Source: Octopus sinensis
Lineage: Eukaryota
DNA length: 42,446 nt
Assembly (NCBI RefSeq): GCF_006345805.1
Contig: NW_021835416.1
Location: forward strand, 1 to 42,446
Direction of reading: 5' to 3'
Both the position numbers and the translations under genes were made by a program. This document shows, piece after piece, positions 38,037 to 42,446 of the stretch. A model generated the notes under the pieces. It ran no database searches. It saw only the letters and a program-made list of their open reading frames with translations, and was not told the DNA's origin. Every line of letters begins with the position of its first letter. Positions within the stretch are counted from its first letter, which is position 1.

Positions 38037-38818
38037 TTCCGGTTGATTTGCATTTTATTTCTCATCTGACCGGGTTCCAACCAGAGACCTCTGATGGAGA
38101 GAAACATTCCGAGGTTGTGGACGATTGATGTCAATACAATTTTTTGAGTCTAGAGATCTGGTAAAAAAAAATGCTTGTTACGGCCTTTTTTAATAATTCC
38201 CAGGGTATCTACAACATGAGGGATGGTTTTGGCTTTAAAATGCCATGTCCTAGATATATTAATCTCAAGGTCCTTACATTTCGACAGTTTTTCAAATTCC
38301 TTTGCTGAAATTTTTCTTTCAGTAGGCACTGTCATATCAATTAACAGGCATGTATTTGTTTTGTCTCAGGTCCTTGATAACGATGTCTAGTGGGTTAGCA
38401 TATATTTGCATATCTGTATGTATCCCATAGGATGATAACATTCTCTCCTTCAGTGACTGGTTCTGGATGGTATTCATACCTACCAGTTCTTAGGGTGCGT
38501 GATATCATAATGATGGCATATGTTCCAGTGCAATTATTGACCTTGGCTTTATATTCTGTAGGGGCAAGGACGGAGCAGCCGGCAACAATGTGGTCAATAC
38601 TCTCAAGTCTGTTATTTCAGAATCTACACTTTGAGTCTACCTCATTGCGTGTGACATTAGCCTGATAGTTCCGAGTGAGGAGACTCTGATCTTGTGCCGC
38701 TAGGATAAATCCTTGTTTCGGCTTTCAAACCAGCACTCTGCAGCCGCTGATGAGGTCTTCTCACATCTAGATCAGCTTCCCTTACTCGTTTGGGGTATTA
38801 CCCATAGTGGTTTTTCTA
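38037..38818 (-). mobile_element. R4/Dong-like RLE LINE fragment B (decayed)
   Basis: With frameshifts: YPKRVREAD..LQSAGLKAET..FILAAQDQSL..KCRF..ESIDHIVAGCSVLA..ILWD..LIDMTVPTE..KLSKCKDLEI..QKIVLTS. A short 3' UTR ends in (TAA)n at 38018-38036. Confidence 0.8.
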
Positions 38819-39630
38819 TGATGTGTGCGGTGCCTAGTAATGTTGCTTTCTGTGTGTTATATATATTTGTAAGTCCTGGTGTTTTTGTTATGTATTTGTC
38901 TGAATATCTTTTTATCATGCCTAATGCACCTACTATGATAGGAATTGTTTCTGTTTTTAGATTCCACATTCTGGTTACCTCTATTTCCAGGTCTTTGTAT
39001 TTTGAAAGTTTCTCCATTTCTTTTAGAGAAACATTGTTATCTGCTGGTATTGATACATCGATTAGAAAGCATTTTTTCTTGGTGATCTCTGACAACTATA
39101 TCCGACATATTGGCCATAATTTCTCTATCTGTGTGTATTGGCATATCCCAGAATATGGTTGCTTTCTCATTTTCTGTGATCTTTTCTGTTGTGTGCCTCT
39201 ATCATCTTTTTCTGTTGTTATACCATAATGTTGGCATAGCTTCCAGTGTATGTAGGTCGCAACTCAGTCGTGTCTGAATATATTCCTTCTTAGCCAGGAT
39301 GGGCAGCCAGAGACAATTTGATTTATTGTTTCATGTCAATCTCCACATATTCTGCAGTTACTTGTTATGTTTCATTTCATATGTTTTTGGTAATTTCAGG
39401 TGGGGAGGCTTTCGTCTTGTGCTGCAATTAAAAATCCCGCAGTCTCTGTATTGAGTCCCGAGCTTCTCAGCCATTGTTGGGATTTTGCTTTGTCTATTTC
39501 TTTTCCGTTTAGTTTAACCCAGTATTTGCCATGAAGGGGTTTTCTTGCCATCGTTTTATCATGATCCGTTGCTGTTCTAGTTTTAGTTTGTATTTCAGTT
39601 GTATTACAGCTTTTGTTGTTTCTTGTTTTA
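38815..39630 (-). mobile_element. R4/Dong-like RLE LINE fragment A (decayed)
   Basis: With stops and frameshifts: (K)PLHGKYW..QQWLRSSGL..AAQD..CRICG..ETIN.IVSGCP..FLIDVSIPAD..KLSKYKDLEIE..TQKATLLGTAHI. An AAT/ATT run lies at its 5' side. Confidence 0.85.
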
Positions 39631-39659
39631 TAATAATAATTATTATTATCATTATTATT

Positions 39660-39830
39660 GCGGTAAAAAGAAAATGCGGCGAGTTGGCAGAATTGTTAGC
39701 GTGCCAGGCAAAATGCTTAGCGACATTTGGTTTATCTGTACGTTCTGAGTTCAAACGCCTTCAAATTTTGCTTTTCATCCTTTCGGGGTCGATTAAATAA
39801 GTACCAGTTACGCACTGAGGATATAAATTT
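39660..39830 (+). mobile_element. SINE family A (3'-truncated)
   Basis: Head ggcgagttggcagaattgttagc, B-box gttcaaa and central domain. Confidence 0.75.
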
Positions 39831-40329
39831 ACATATAATTAGCCAGAAAAACCCGTGACGTACCGAGTGCGCGATAAGTGAATCGCGATATGGCGAGGTA
39901 TTGCTGTATCTCTTCTACGTTGGATAATAAAAATTCTGTAACTTGTTTTATCTCCCCGTGGATTGAACTCGGGCTTTCATTTTACAGTGAAAGTCTAACA
40001 AGATGAACCACGTATCGAACCATTTTCCTTCATGGTAGGAAATAGAGGCAATGCTATGAAACACTACTGTTATTTCGCATTACGTTTTTGACGTGTCACA
40101 ATGAGGTCAAACATGTATGTTCTTTACATTTGATGCAATAAAATGTTACGCTTAACACAATGGGTCGCTTGCGTAATTCACGTTGCCAGTACATTTACTG
40201 TTTGTCATGCAAATTAGAGAAACCAGTTTAGCTCTGTCCCAGTTTGTCTACACTGTAAATAGCGATTAATGAATAATCTCCCAGCGGAAAGAAGATGAAT
40301 AATGAATGTTATTTCTCAAATGATTAAGA

Positions 40330-40710
40330 GGCGGGCGAGCTGGCAGGAACGTTTGCACGCCGGGCCAAATGCGTAGCCGTATTTCGTCTACCGTTACGTT
40401 CTGAGTTCAAATTCCGCCGTGGTCGACTTTGCCTTTCATCATTTGAGGGTCGATTAAATAAGTACCAGTTACGCACTGGGGGTCGATGTAATCGACTTAA
40501 TCCGTTTTTCTGTCCTTGTTTGTCCACTCTGTGTTTAGCCCCTTGTGGGTAGTAAAGAAATAGGTATTTTGTCTGCCGCTACGTTCTGAGTTCAAATTCC
40601 GCTGAGGTCGACTTTACCTTTCCTCCTTTCGGGGTCGATAAGCACTGGGGTTCATGTAATCGATTTATACCCTCCCCAAAACTTCAGGTATTGTACCTTT
40701 GGCAGAAAGG
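40330..40710 (+). mobile_element. Family A SINE dimer
   Basis: Same gtaaagaaata|ggtattt junction as at 15778-16165. Confidence 0.85.
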
Positions 40711-40949
40711 TTTATTTCTCTAATGATGTCATGATTTGAAACTAACCAGATTTAGCCTAATTTTTCACCATTTTTAAAAATTCATTTTTTTTTTTTTGCT
40801 TAAGAGCCGATGAATACAGTAGCTCAACCACTCTTTGTTTTAAAGTTTCCTCTGCGAAGCTGAACTACATGTGGAGAGCTGAATCATCTTGGGGTACAAA
40901 GGATTCGCAATCTAGACTAGGGTCTGAAAGTTTTACCACACCATAGTGG

Positions 40950-41177
40950 GTTACACCATGGCTTCCCTGCTTTGAGGCAGAAGTAGGAGGAAAGAGTGAG
41001 AGAAAGTGGTGGTGAAAGAGTACTGCGGGGTTCACCTCCCCCCCCCCCGCAACCGGAGCCTCGTGAAGCTTAGGTGTTTTGCTCCATAAACACTCACAAT
41101 GCCCGGTCTGGGAATCGAAACCGCGTTCTTACGACTGCGAGTCCGTTGCCCTAACGACTGGGCGATTGCGCCTCCAC
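40950..41177 (-). mobile_element. SINE family F
   Basis: gcttaggtgttt..cataaacac..gcccggtctggga.tcgaa.ccgcg is shared with 17700-17823. Confidence 0.7.
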
Positions 41178-41848
41178 TACCATTGTTGTTGCTGTTGTTG
41201 CTGCTGCTTAGCCTTCTAGATCAGTATTGAAGCTGTTCCAGCCGTGACATTCCCATCTATTTATATAACAATGATTACATTAGCCAATGTGTCTTCAATA
41301 AGTTCGGATTATCGTTTCAATTACAAGAACACAAGGGTGTAATTTGAACGAGTTTCGCTTACTATTTCTAGCGGGACAAGTATGTCTCATTGAGGCTTTC
41401 CTGAATACTCGTTGTTGTTGTTGTTGTTGTTGCTGTTGTCTTTGTTGTTGTTTTAGTTGTTGCTGTCATTATCTCTGTTTCCATTGACAAATACACTAGC
41501 GGGAAAACACTTGTTAAGTGTTTCTCACCGACAACAATTATGGAACATACATACATTGGACAAACACATACACACATGTACGAATATGTATATATGTGTG
41601 CGTGTTTGGTGTGCATGTGTGTGTGTGTGTTGTGTGTGTACATATACAGACAAAGAAACATACACATGCAAACACGTAAAGACGTACACTTATGCTCATT
41701 GCGTGTATATATACGTACATACATTTATATACATACACATATATATGTGTATGTATATAAATATACACACACATTTACGTATATTTATATACATACATTT
41801 ATATACACACACGCATACACACACACACACATATATATATGTATATAC

Positions 41849-41898
<50 letters not shown>

Positions 41899-42192
41899 AT
41901 ATACATATCCATGTACATATATGCATACACATATTTATATAGATATAAATACACACACGCGCTTAAGCAAACAACCCTCAACTATTATTGCATAGCAGCG
42001 GTCCAGACATGCCATATCATGCCTTTGTTATGATTTGTCACTTTGCCGCCGAAGGTGATGACAAAATGTCACGATTAGGAACTCTCCTCTTTTTTCAACG
42101 TCTCTTTATATGAACTACTGATACAATCCTTCTTCGGGTTCACCACCCGACCTACAAGAAATAGCGGCGAAGTCTACCCTGATTTATAGCCT

Positions 42193-42350
42193 AGGCGTGG
42201 GTGGGGGTGTCCTAAGAAGCTTGTTTTTCAATCACATGGTTCCGGGTTCAGTCCCACATCGGGCAACTGTCTTCTACTATATAGCCTCGGGCCGACCAAA
42301 ACCTTGTGAGTGGATATGGTAGACGGAAACTGAAACAAACCCGTGGAATA
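42193..42350 (+). mobile_element. SINE family B (diverged 5' half)
   Basis: ccgggttcagtccc..gtcttctactatatagcctcgggccgacc..gacggaaactgaaa. Confidence 0.7.
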
Positions 42351-42408
42351 TGCATATCTATAATCTATCTATCTATCTATCTATATCTATCTATCTATCT
42401 ATCTATCA

Positions 42409-42446
<38 letters not shown>

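Overview
Eukaryotic, AT-rich DNA dominated by microsatellites and SINEs. The repeat families and density point to a coleoid cephalopod, most likely Octopus; this is an inference from recalled repeat types, and no database search was run. Almost all ORFs in the supplied track are translations of microsatellites and are spurious. One real spliced gene can be assembled by hand on the minus strand. It has six phase-compatible GT-AG exons (25714-25671, 18162-18110, 13572-13430, 8464-8334, 3111-2973, 967-899; 579 nt, 193 codons, no stop). It encodes a signal-peptide-bearing protein resembling the DUF885 family and runs off the left edge. Mobile DNA includes a Tx1/L1-clade LINE 3' end inside (TCTA)n, three R4/Dong-like RLE LINE fragments tied to (TAA)n, a Penelope-like relic, an internally deleted Tc1/mariner element and at least five tRNA-headed SINE families. 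Four observations stand out: (i) a near-perfect palindrome with a minimal type I hammerhead ribozyme motif on each strand (28482-28646), plus further hammerhead-like motifs, including a three-copy family with a shared core variant; (ii) a 29/34 nt match between the Tx1 LINE 3' end and the tail of the main SINE; (iii) several retroelements each sitting in a different microsatellite; (iv) inverted SINEs tightly bracketing exons 2-3 of the gene.
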